Shown piece after piece: positions 21,067 through 29,189 of a stretch of 64,000 nucleotides of DNA; position 1 is the first letter of the stretch; every line of letters begins with the position of its first letter. The notes below the pieces were generated by a model. The model made no database searches. It was not told where the DNA came from and worked only from the letters and a program-made list of their open reading frames with translations. Where the stretch lies: the NCBI GenBank assembly GCA_038059415.1, contig JBBTJN010000011.1, forward strand, positions 7,150-71,149. The letters run 5' to 3'. Origin of the DNA: Elusimicrobiota bacterium (GTDB lineage: Bacteria; Elusimicrobiota; Elusimicrobia; UBA1565; UBA9628). Position numbers and translations under genes: made by a program.

Positions 21067-21845
21067 TCGAAGATAAACACCCGCGTTCCGTTCGGCACGG
21101 AGACATAGAGCTTCTCGAGGTCGGCGGCGCCGACCCGCACGCAGCCGTGAGAGGCAGGGTGCCCGAGAAGCTCCTCGCGCTTGGTGCCGTGGATCAAGAA
21201 GCCATCGCCGAGGTTCATGACGAAGGCCCCGAGTTCGCCGGACACCATGCGCGAGGGATCGCCGGGAGGCGGCACGGGTTCGCCGTTCTCGACATAGGCC
21301 CAGTCGGGCTTGCGCCACTGAGGATTGAACGCCTTGCCGATGACGCGGAACTCTCCACGCGGCGTGACGAACTCCCATTTACGGCCGCTCATGGCGTCCA
21401 TGAGGATGCCTCCCCGGCCCACGGAGACATCGGCCTGCCATAGCAACTTGACGCCATTTTTGACGTAGAGCGTATTAGCCTTCGCGTCGATGACAAGATG
21501 GAGCTGCCCCCTCAGGCGCTTGGAGACCCTCGCGCGCAGGAGGCGAACCTCCCCTTTGATGGCCTCCTGCGTTCTTAAGTACCCCTTGTCCTCGGGAAGA
21601 ATATTTGGGATGTCCTGCAGGAAGCGCGCGTCGCGGGCGCGTTCGCTGTAATCGCGCACGAGCAAGCGCAGACGGCGCGCGCCCGAGTCGAGCGCTCGCG
21701 ATTCGTCCTCGAGGCGGCCCGCTTCGAGGTTCATCACCGACACGTCGCGAGAGATCGCGCAGGCGCGCCAGCCGAACGCGCCTGTCCACAGCACGAGCGC
21801 CAGCGGATACACGGTCCTGCCGAACGTGTTCTCGCTCACGATCAT
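21063..21845 (-). CDS. L,D-transpeptidase (YkuD domain), membrane-anchored
   Basis: GFLIHGTKREELLGHPASHGCVRVGAADLEKLY is the YkuD catalytic His/Cys motif. An N-terminal TM helix is present. Confidence 0.8.
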   Translation of the reverse strand: MIVSENTFGRTVYPLALVLWTGAFGWRACAISRDVSVMNLEAGRLEDESRALDSGARRLRLLVRDYSERARDARFLQDIPNILPEDKGYLRTQEAIKGEVRLLRARVSKRLRGQLHLVIDAKANTLYVKNGVKLLWQADVSVGRGGILMDAMSGRKWEFVTPRGEFRVIGKAFNPQWRKPDWAYVENGEPVPPPGDPSRMVSGELGAFVMNLGDGFLIHGTKREELLGHPASHGCVRVGAADLEKLYVSVPNGTRVFIFE

Positions 21846-21946
21846 ATTTTACGAAATCTAAGGGAGCGGCATGTCGTCTGCCCTGACGTCGGGGCAGGCC
21901 TCGTGTCGCGGCGACGGCAACGGTCCGGGCGTCCAGTCCCGGGATG

Positions 21947-22432
21947 CTACCAACCGTCGTTGTCCTCGTCGTGGCCTTTGTCGCCCTTTTTACCGCCCTT
22001 AACTCCCTTCTTTTCAAAGCCTTCGCCGCGGGGCTTCTTCTTATTGTCGTAGCGGTTCTTTCGGTCGGAAAAGGCCTTGCTGTCTGCGCCGAAATTGGGG
22101 TTACGTTCGCCAAACCCGCCCGCGGTCAGCCTAGGCGCGCCGCCGGAACTGTCCCGAGGCGGCAATCCACCCGCCGGGCGCGGCGCCATCGGGCGCGCCT
22201 CATTGACCATGATGCGGCGCGTGCCAAGAGTGAAATTATTGAACTTTAATAACGCGGCCTGCGCCTGATCGTCAGTCGTCATCTCAACGAAGCCGAACCC
22301 TTTCGACTTGTTGAGGGCCCGGTCGATAATCACTTTCGCGCTTACGACGGTTCCACAGGCGCCGAACAACTCCTTGAGCTGAGCATCGGTCATCTCGTAC
22401 GGCAGGCCGCCCACGAACAGCTTCTTACCCAT
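21947..22432 (-). CDS. RRM-type RNA-binding protein with a basic/acidic C-terminal tail
   Basis: RNP-2 (LFVGGL) and RNP-1 (KGFGFVEM) motifs lie within the first 80 aa. AAGGAG sits 8 nt upstream of the ATG. Confidence 0.85.
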   Translation of the reverse strand: MGKKLFVGGLPYEMTDAQLKELFGACGTVVSAKVIIDRALNKSKGFGFVEMTTDDQAQAALLKFNNFTLGTRRIMVNEARPMAPRPAGGLPPRDSSGGAPRLTAGGFGERNPNFGADSKAFSDRKNRYDNKKKPRGEGFEKKGVKGGKKGDKGHDEDNDGW

Positions 22433-22467
22433 TTCTCAATCGCTCCTTGCATTTTTACTGACGATTA

Positions 22468-22476
22468 ATTATAACA
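22468..22476 (-). promoter_or_regulatory. Extended -10 promoter (TGTTATAAT) of the RRM gene
   Basis: The minus strand reads ...TTTTAGTGTTATAATTAATCG..., with a perfect TATAAT preceded by TGn. It lies ~30 nt upstream of the ATG in an unusually AT-rich spacer. Confidence 0.4.
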
Positions 22477-22581
22477 CTAAAAGTTCTCCCGCGTTCGCAT
22501 GAGGCGCCCGGAGAGCGCCGGCCTCTGTATGTGTCGTATCATGCCGTAGGATAGAAAGGGAAGCCGCGCGAGGAAACCACT

Positions 22582-23082
22582 ATGCAAGCCAAGGACATCA
22601 TGCAGCGCAAAGTCATCAGCGTGGAAGCGGATATGAGCGTACGGGACGCGGCCAAGCTCTTCCTCGAAAAGAAAATTTCTGGAGCTCCCGTGCTTGACCA
22701 CGGCGAACTCGTCGGGATGGTTTCCCAAACAGACTTAGTGCGGCGCAATTCCAGGGCGCCTGAGACGTCGTCGCAGCAGCAGCAGCAGCAGACGGACGAC
22801 GACAAAAGTTCGCGTCCCGCATTCTACTCACATGATCTCCCGGATTTCCATCATGTCATCGACGTCATGACACCCTCCGTCATTGCCTCGGAAGAGACGA
22901 CCCCGGTCAGGGACCTGGCGCGTCTCATGCTGAAGAAAAATATTCATCGCATCATCATCACCCGCGCCGGCAAGTTGGCGGGAATCGTGACGACGACGGA
23001 TTTTATGAAAATAATCGCGCAGGCGCGGCCCCCAAAGAAGCCCGCCTCTCGTCGCGCTCATCGCACCCCGTCTCGACCCTAG
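22582..23082 (+). CDS. CBS-pair domain protein with a poly-Gln/Asp linker
   Basis: Two CBS-like units (IMQRKVISV...GAPVLD...GMVSQTDL and VMTPSVIAS...HRIIITR...GIVTTTDF) are separated by SSQQQQQQTDDDKS. Confidence 0.8.
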   Translation: MQAKDIMQRKVISVEADMSVRDAAKLFLEKKISGAPVLDHGELVGMVSQTDLVRRNSRAPETSSQQQQQQTDDDKSSRPAFYSHDLPDFHHVIDVMTPSVIASEETTPVRDLARLMLKKNIHRIIITRAGKLAGIVTTTDFMKIIAQARPPKKPASRRAHRTPSRP

Positions 23083-23142
23083 AAAAACGACGCCCCCCCC
23101 CGAACCGCTTCGACTTACGACCGTGAGGCACTGTCGAGGGGG

Positions 23143-24141
23143 CTACGTAGAGGGGGTTCGGCAATCCGCCACTTTCATTTCACGGTACAAGCGTTCCATT
23201 TTTTCGCTCATCCTGGAGGGAATGTCGACGCGCAGTACGGCATAGAGGTCGCCCCGCGAGCCGTCTTCCTTGCCCAAGCCCTTGCCGGGAATGCGGGAAG
23301 GTCGCCCGGCGTGGGTTCCCGCGGGTATCTTAATGCGGATCAAGCCGTCCAAAGCGGGCACCGAGACCTCCCGCCCAACGCCGCCATCCAAGGCATAACC
23401 GTGACGCTGGTTTCCAGATCGTCTCCGGAGACCTTGTACATTGGATGAGGCAGCAGCCGCACCCTGAGAAAGAGATCACCCGACTCCTTACGATTTAGGC
23501 CGGGAGAGCCCTGCCCGGAAAGCCTCAGCTTGACGCCGTCGCGGACATGCCTGGGCAGGCGCACCGTGATATGTTTCTCGCGCCGCTCTTCACCCACACC
23601 GCCGCATCGAGAGCAAAACCCGCGCCCGCGATGACCGGCGCCGCCGCAGGAGACGCAGAGAACCGGAACCACGAGCGATACCCTTTTCTCGCCCCCGCCG
23701 ACGGCATCTTCCAGGGACAGCGGCAACTCCGCTTCCACGTCCTGCCCTTTGATCGAGCCTACCGTGTCCGCATCCTCGACGCCGAAGCCGTGCCGGCCCG
23801 CGTCCCCAAATAATTCCTCGAAGAAGTCGCTGAAGCCGCCCCCCCCTGCGCCTCGCGGAATTCCCGGGGGGATTCTCCCCGACCGCGTCCATATCGCGGC
23901 TCATGTTCCGACTCCCGGTATGGGCCGAGTTGGTCGTACTTCCCTCTCTTCTCCTCATCGGAGAGCACTTGGTACGCCTCGTTGATCTCCTTGAATCTCT
24001 CCCCTGCCGAGGCGCCTTGCCGCGCTCGGGATGCAGGTCCGGATGGTGCTTCTTGGCCAGCACACGATACGCGCGCCTCACCTCCTCGCTAGAGGCGCTC
24101 GTCTTTATCTCCAAAACCGAGTAATAGTCTTTATAGCCCAT
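23143..24141 (-). pseudogene. dnaJ/cbpA-like co-chaperone gene disrupted by at least three frameshifts
   Basis: The J-domain start (YYSVLEIKTSASSEEVRRAYRVLAKKHHPD) is in one frame. FKEINEAYQVLSDEEKRGKYDQLG is in a second frame. GGGGFSDFFEELFG...EAELPLSLEDAVGG...CGGAG is in a third. EVSVPALDGLIRIKIPAGT...GDLYAVLRVDIP is in a fourth. Confidence 0.7.
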
Positions 24142-24197
24142 CGCCCCGGCCCCAAAAGGCGGGTGAGGTTTCCCCCCGCCCGCCCCACGGCGCGCCC

Positions 24198-24695
24198 TCA
24201 GTCGACCCTAACGCTCACGCCTCGCCTCTTGACCTCCGCGGGCTTGCGCATGGTCAACGTCAGTACGCCTTCCTTGCAGGACGCCTTGACGTCCTCGGTG
24301 TGCAGGCCTTCCGGGAGGACGAAACTCCTCTGGAAGGAACCGTAGGACGACTCGCGCCGCAGCCAGGTCTTGCCCTTCTCCTCCTTCTCGGTCTTCTTCT
24401 CGCCCGAGATGGTCAGGACACCATCTTTGACCTCCACCTTCACGTCCTCTTTCTTCACTCCCGGAAGCGAGAGGTCGAGGATGTACTCCTTCTCCGTCTC
24501 CCGGATGTCCACTCGAGGCATCCACGCAGTCGGCAGCGCGGGTAGACTCGTCCGCATGGGCGAGAATATGTCCTCGAGACCACCGAACGGCAATCGCCGG
24601 AACTCCCGCAGTTGGTTGAGTATCCGGAACGGATCCAACGTCTCGAGTTCGTTCTCGACCTCCCTCTCCACCACCGCCATCTTCTTGTCGACCAT
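24198..24695 (-). CDS. Hsp20/alpha-crystallin small heat-shock protein
   Basis: VDIRETEKEYILDLSLPGVKKEDVKVEVKDGVLTISGEKK...SYGSFQRSFVLPEG is an alpha-crystallin domain. GAGGAGGG lies 7 nt upstream of the ATG at 24695. Confidence 0.85.
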   Translation of the reverse strand: MVDKKMAVVEREVENELETLDPFRILNQLREFRRLPFGGLEDIFSPMRTSLPALPTAWMPRVDIRETEKEYILDLSLPGVKKEDVKVEVKDGVLTISGEKKTEKEEKGKTWLRRESSYGSFQRSFVLPEGLHTEDVKASCKEGVLTLTMRKPAEVKRRGVSVRVD

Positions 24696-24759
24696 GCTAT
24701 TGCCCTCCTCACTTGCTTGATAGTGGTGCAACTAAAACGCCAAGAAATGCGCCGCCGTC

Positions 24760-25749
24760 ATGGCAATATCGTTGCTTCTCTCCAGTCTGGCTCCCTCCAA
24801 TATGACTCCGGCAAAAATAGCGAAGGGCAAGGGCAGGGAACGCTGGTTGGTGACGGCTTGGCCTGGAATGGGCAATGTGGCCGTCACGGCGGTTGTCTAC
24901 CTGCTGTCCAATCTGAGGATGAAGCAAATCGGCGAGTTCGACGCGCGGGACCTTTTCGAACTTGAGGCGGCCGACGTTGAAGGCGGCCTGGTCCACGCCG
25001 TCCATTTGCCGCGCAGCCGCCTATTCCTGGCCGAAGATGTCGCGCCGAACCTCGATATCGTCGCCTTCCTGGGTGAAGCTGAGCCGCCGAAGGGCAAACT
25101 GGCCTTATGCCAGCGCCTCCTGACCATAGCGCGCGGTCTCAATGTGACCCACGTTTGCTGCTTTGCCGCGTGGGCGTCGAATATGATGGCTTCCGACCGT
25201 TCCCGCGTACACGGCATAGCGACCGATGAGGGCGGCCTGAGCGCACTGCGTCGCCGGGACGTCACCATCGTCGACAGCGGTCGAATCTCAGGCCTCAGCG
25301 GGGTGCTGCTCGCGGTTGCCGCCGAACAGGGTCTACCCGGCGTGGGGCTGCTCGGCGAGATGCCCGCGCTGGCGCTCCATCTCCCCTACCCTTCCGCGTC
25401 GGCTGCGGTCCTGCGCATATTCTGCACGATGACCGGCATGACACTCGATCTCGACGAATTGGAACGTTACGGACGCCAAATGCAGGAGCAGTTGTCCGAC
25501 GCTTATCAGCAGGCCATAAAGGCCCTGCGTGACGCCGGTCCCGCGCAGGCGCAAGAGGAAGAGGCCCTGCGTCCAGTTCTCGAGGCGGACGAAGGCTCCT
25601 CCTCGGAGGACGCGCAGCGCGTCGAAAAGTTGTTCCTTGAAGCTGCCAAAGATCGCGCCAAGGCCTTTGAACTCAAGTCTGAACTCGATCGTCTCGGCAT
25701 GTTCCGTCAATATGAAGACCGTTTCCTCGGCCTGTTTAAGGAGCGCTAG
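24760..25749 (+). CDS. PAC2-family (proteasome-assembly-chaperone-like) protein
   Basis: WLVTAWPGMGNVAVTAVVYLLSNL plus a second GLPGVGLLGEMP region resemble PAC2-family proteins. The acidic/helical C-terminal tail is unassigned. The start could also be the ATG at 24802. Confidence 0.5.
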   Translation: MAISLLLSSLAPSNMTPAKIAKGKGRERWLVTAWPGMGNVAVTAVVYLLSNLRMKQIGEFDARDLFELEAADVEGGLVHAVHLPRSRLFLAEDVAPNLDIVAFLGEAEPPKGKLALCQRLLTIARGLNVTHVCCFAAWASNMMASDRSRVHGIATDEGGLSALRRRDVTIVDSGRISGLSGVLLAVAAEQGLPGVGLLGEMPALALHLPYPSASAAVLRIFCTMTGMTLDLDELERYGRQMQEQLSDAYQQAIKALRDAGPAQAQEEEALRPVLEADEGSSSEDAQRVEKLFLEAAKDRAKAFELKSELDRLGMFRQYEDRFLGLFKER

Positions 25750-26948
25750 CCTCCAATTGTCAGGCTTTGTCTGGTCGCGCGCACGAGAGCGGAACCGAGG
25801 CGGGGAATCCTGGAAATCAGGCGCACGGCCGCTTCCCCCCCGGGCGCCCAAAGTAAGGTCGATTGGAGAAGGCGTCCGCGTTTCAGGCGTTTGACGAATC
25901 GACTCTTCCATATCTCGTCCCAACCCTTGCTCAGTGCGGCAATGTCACTGTCGTCCATGCGCCGGGGGTGGCCCCCAATCAACTCGGCAAGATGAATCGC
26001 GGACTCAAGCGCCATCGCCTGGCCATCGCCGCAGAGGGGCGCGATCATGCCCGCGGCGTCTCCAACGAATATCACGCGTCCTAAACTCGTCTCCTTGGGA
26101 GAAAAACCCAGTCCCGCCACGGCATGAAACCCGTCTTCGGCAGGCACCAGCGCCGAGAGGCGACCGCGCAGGCTGGCGCTGCGTGCGCGCATGGCCGAGC
26201 AGACCTCGTCCCAGCTTGGGGCGGCCAATCTCTTGAGAAAGGATTTTTCAACCAGGAGGCAGACATTGACGAGCCCCCCTTCGACGCGGCTCAGGCCGCA
26301 ATAACCATCCTCAAAGAGATGTATCTCCACGCCTCCCGTCAATTCGCGCAGCAGAAGCCGTCCCGTCTCGGTATCGGCCGGACGATGGTGACGTTTGAGT
26401 CCGAGCGCGGAGGGCGAATCCTCCAGGATGGGCCGCCCGAGCTGGGCGTCTAGCGGGGAACGTCTGCCGTAGGCCGCCACGACCAGGCGCGCCTCGACGA
26501 CGGTCCGCCTCCCGTCCTGCCACTCCAGGTTGAGTCGTATACCGCCCGCAATCGCCACGATGCCGATGACTTTAGCCCTTTCGTGAGCCGACGCCCCCGA
26601 ACGGCCGGCGTGACGGAAGAGCGTCTCGTCGAGAGACCAGCGGCTGATCCCCAGCGCCACTCCGTTCAGGTCGAAGACAGCTTCATGGCCGGAAGGGGAG
26701 AAGAATCGCCCCTGAGTGATGCGGGCGGGCCCCAGGGCGAGCACCCCCCCCAGACAGCCGACGCGCTGGAGCATCTGCTGCGATTCCGCGGACAGAAACT
26801 CTCCGCACAGCTTATGACGAGGCAAGCCGTCCTTCTCGAAAAGAAGAACGTCGCGACCGGAGCGCGAGAGCAGCGCCGCCAAAGCGCTTCCCGCGATGCC
26901 GCCGCCGATCACCGCGATCTCGCAGCGCCCGTCTGGACCGGCGCTCAT
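25746..26948 (-). CDS. FAD-dependent oxidoreductase/monooxygenase (geranylgeranyl-reductase-like, SrsC-like position)
   Basis: The ATG at 26948 overlaps the methyltransferase stop (ATGA). Contains VIGGGIAGSALAALLSRSG (GxGxxG) and GDAAGMIAPLCGDGQAMAL. Confidence 0.75.
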   Translation of the reverse strand: MSAGPDGRCEIAVIGGGIAGSALAALLSRSGRDVLLFEKDGLPRHKLCGEFLSAESQQMLQRVGCLGGVLALGPARITQGRFFSPSGHEAVFDLNGVALGISRWSLDETLFRHAGRSGASAHERAKVIGIVAIAGGIRLNLEWQDGRRTVVEARLVVAAYGRRSPLDAQLGRPILEDSPSALGLKRHHRPADTETGRLLLRELTGGVEIHLFEDGYCGLSRVEGGLVNVCLLVEKSFLKRLAAPSWDEVCSAMRARSASLRGRLSALVPAEDGFHAVAGLGFSPKETSLGRVIFVGDAAGMIAPLCGDGQAMALESAIHLAELIGGHPRRMDDSDIAALSKGWDEIWKSRFVKRLKRGRLLQSTLLWAPGGEAAVRLISRIPRLGSALVRATRQSLTIGG

Positions 26949-27658
26949 TTGCGGACAACCATGAGCCAGCGGAAGGCCCATCGCCAGGAGATATCCGCGT
27001 CGGGCAGGCCGGCACGGCGCGCGAGATCCTCAAGCTCGCCGCGGCGAAAGGCGCGAAGGACCGAGAGCGGGGCGTCGTGGCGGATGAGGCGGTTTTTCGA
27101 GAGCGCGGAGGTCAAGCCGTTGATGACGAAGTAGGCCGCCGGGTGCCGGTGGAGGTCGTTGATCACGATCCCCCATCGGCTCAGCTCGAACATCTTCGCC
27201 AGGGCCCGCACCGCCGCCTCATCGGAAAAGTGGTGGAGGAACAACGCCGCGTGGACGACGTCATACTTGCGCGTCGTCGGCAGGTCGAAGAGGTCGGCGA
27301 CGGTGAATTCCAGGACGGATAGGCCGGCATTCGTCCGGCGCGCGCAGGCGACGGCCTCCGGCGATAGATCGATGCCCTGGACGCGCGCGCTCAGGCCCCG
27401 GCGGCTCGCCCGCTCCACGATGCATCGCGCCGTGTCGCCCCCGCCCGAACCCACGTCCAGGACGTCGAACTCAGCGCAGTCCGGCGCCATGAGTTGGGCC
27501 AAGCCATCCAACGTCGCGTCGTGGCCGCCCAAGGTTTTATTGATAAAGGCGAGCTCCCCCAAGGTTTCGGCCAACTCGGCGGGGTCGAGGCCGTGCTCGT
27601 CGATCAGTTCGTGAGCCGTACTGCGCGAGTTGAAGGCGGATAGGGCGGGCGCGCTCAT
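26945..27658 (-). CDS. SAM-dependent methyltransferase (SrsB-like position)
   Basis: The ATG at 27658 overlaps the PKS stop (ATGA). VLDVGSGGGD is SAM motif I. The listed 509-aa ORF is a spurious Arg/Pro/Gly-rich 5' extension. Confidence 0.75.
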   Translation of the reverse strand: MSAPALSAFNSRSTAHELIDEHGLDPAELAETLGELAFINKTLGGHDATLDGLAQLMAPDCAEFDVLDVGSGGGDTARCIVERASRRGLSARVQGIDLSPEAVACARRTNAGLSVLEFTVADLFDLPTTRKYDVVHAALFLHHFSDEAAVRALAKMFELSRWGIVINDLHRHPAAYFVINGLTSALSKNRLIRHDAPLSVLRAFRRGELEDLARRAGLPDADISWRWAFRWLMVVRK

Positions 27659-28785
27659 GGCCGGAAAAGGACGGCTCCCTCCATGGTGAGGCCCGGTCCA
27701 AATCCCATGGCCGTGACGACGCGGCCGGACGCTCGCCGCAGTTCCCGGTCCAGAACGAAGAGGATGGTCGCGCTCGACATGTTGCCGCAGGTTTTTAAGA
27801 CTTCTCGCGAAGCGAGAACCTGCGAGTCCGTCAGGCGCAGGGCGGCCTGAACCTCGTCGACAATTTTGCGGCCCCCGGGGTGGATGGCCCAAGCGCTCTC
27901 CTCGCGCTTGAGACCCGCTTTCTCCAGGAGCGCTGCTACAAAACCCGGGGCGGCGGCCTTGAGCCGCGCGGGCACCTCTCGGTTCAGACGCATCTCGAAG
28001 CCCGAGGGGCCAATGCGCCAGGACATATGGTCGAGGCTGCTGTTTTCGACGCAGCTGTGTGTCGCGACGAGATCTCCCAAGCCCTTTTTGAGGCGCTCCG
28101 GCCGGGCGTAAACGGCAGCGGCGGCGCCGTCGCCGAAGAGGCTGTTGGCCACGACGAAATCGGGAAGGGGCCTCTTCTGAAAATGCAAAGTGCAGAGCTC
28201 GACGCAGACCTGAAGGACCACGGCCTCCGGCTCGGCGGCCAGAATCTGTCCCGCCACCCTCATGCCGTTGAAGCCCGCGTAGCAGCCCATGAAGCCCAGC
28301 ACCGTCCGGTGGACCTGGAGCCCCAGTCCCAGACGGCCGAGCAGAAGGATGTCGGGGCCGGGCGCGAAAAGCCCGGTGCAGGTCGTGAAGACGAGGTGGG
28401 TCACCTCGGCGGGACGGGCGCCCGATTCGCGCAGGGCTTTCCGGCAGGCCGCCTCCGCCAGGTCGACGCTCCATTTTTCATACAGCTTCATGCGAGCCGC
28501 CGTGGTCGGGAAGGGCTCGAGCGCCCAGTTGGCCGGGTAGAAATCAAAATCTTCCGGGGCGTCCTTGGCATAGTCGCCCAGCACGCTGTGCCGCTTCTCG
28601 ATGCCCGAAGAGGCGTATATCCCGTTCAAAAATTCGAGCGTGACCGCGCGCCGCCGGCCCGTAAGCGTGGCCCCAGCCAAAGAATCCATAAACCGTTTCG
28701 CCGCTGGCTGCCCCACCCTATGCGGGGGCAACGCCGTCCCTAAACCGTAGAGTCGGGCATGGCGGCGCATCAACGAGGCGCTCAC
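27655..28785 (-). CDS. Type III polyketide synthase (chalcone/stilbene synthase family)
   Basis: 376 aa with a GTG start. Cys/His/Asn triad context: FTTCTGLFAPG, IHPGGRKIVD, GNMSSATILF. Confidence 0.9.
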   Translation of the reverse strand: MSASLMRRHARLYGLGTALPPHRVGQPAAKRFMDSLAGATLTGRRRAVTLEFLNGIYASSGIEKRHSVLGDYAKDAPEDFDFYPANWALEPFPTTAARMKLYEKWSVDLAEAACRKALRESGARPAEVTHLVFTTCTGLFAPGPDILLLGRLGLGLQVHRTVLGFMGCYAGFNGMRVAGQILAAEPEAVVLQVCVELCTLHFQKRPLPDFVVANSLFGDGAAAAVYARPERLKKGLGDLVATHSCVENSSLDHMSWRIGPSGFEMRLNREVPARLKAAAPGFVAALLEKAGLKREESAWAIHPGGRKIVDEVQAALRLTDSQVLASREVLKTCGNMSSATILFVLDRELRRASGRVVTAMGFGPGLTMEGAVLFRP

Positions 28786-28862
28786 GGCGAGCTCATCTCA
28801 GACATGGCCGGAGCGACGCGTCTGCCGGAATGCCGCCATTATTCATTTCCCCTCCATTGTAG

Positions 28863-29007
28863 TCAATCCGGCACGCCGCCCGAGCGGGCATATTCTCGCC
28901 ACGAAGCCGTAGAGGTCTGCTGGCCCGCCACGGTTGTCGTCGCAACGATCTTCATGGTCTCCCGCGGAGACAGCCCATGCTCGTTGAAAAAATCATATCT
29001 TGCTACC
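28863..29007 (-). pseudogene. Degenerate copy of the ferredoxin 3' segment (copy A), frameshifted
   Basis: The minus strand encodes ETMKIVATTTVAGQQTS, 12/17 identical to ETIKMVPTTTLAGHQTS of the 40275..40727 gene. It is preceded by the same ATGATTT...GGTAGCAAGAT junction as copy B, but 2 extra nt break the frame. Confidence 0.5.
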
Positions 29008-29189
29008 TAGCTCGCATTCCTTGCCGAGCAAGGAAGAGGTGCTGGAGCGGCGGGCCAAGATCAAGCTAGAGACGATGGCTCGGCATTATGCGTACAATAT
29101 GGCACGGACGCCGGAACCGCAAACGAATTCAGGCCAATAAAATTCCCGAAATCGCTGAAGACGTGCAATGTTCACTAAAAGGGTAACAC

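Noticed and set aside
24696-24759. Searched the hsp20 upstream spacer for CIRCE (TTAGCACTC-N9-GAGTGCTAA) or HAIR-type heat-shock operators.
   Set aside because: Only loose CTTG...CAAG end symmetry is present. There is no convincing match to either consensus.
29017-29035. Perfect 8-bp hairpin TTCCTTGC-CGA-GCAAGGAA, immediately beside the repeated junction of fragment A.
   Set aside because: No U-tract follows on either strand, so it is not a convincing intrinsic terminator. No counterpart exists beside fragment B. Function is undeterminable from sequence alone.
28988-29137. Short plus-strand frame ending ...EEVLERRAKIKLETMARHYAYNMARTPEPQTNSGQ*, next to ferredoxin fragment A. It could be the relic of an element-borne gene.
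   Set aside because: There is no ATG until late in the frame, no SD and no recognisable family. It is too short to distinguish from chance, so it is kept only as context for the island hypothesis.
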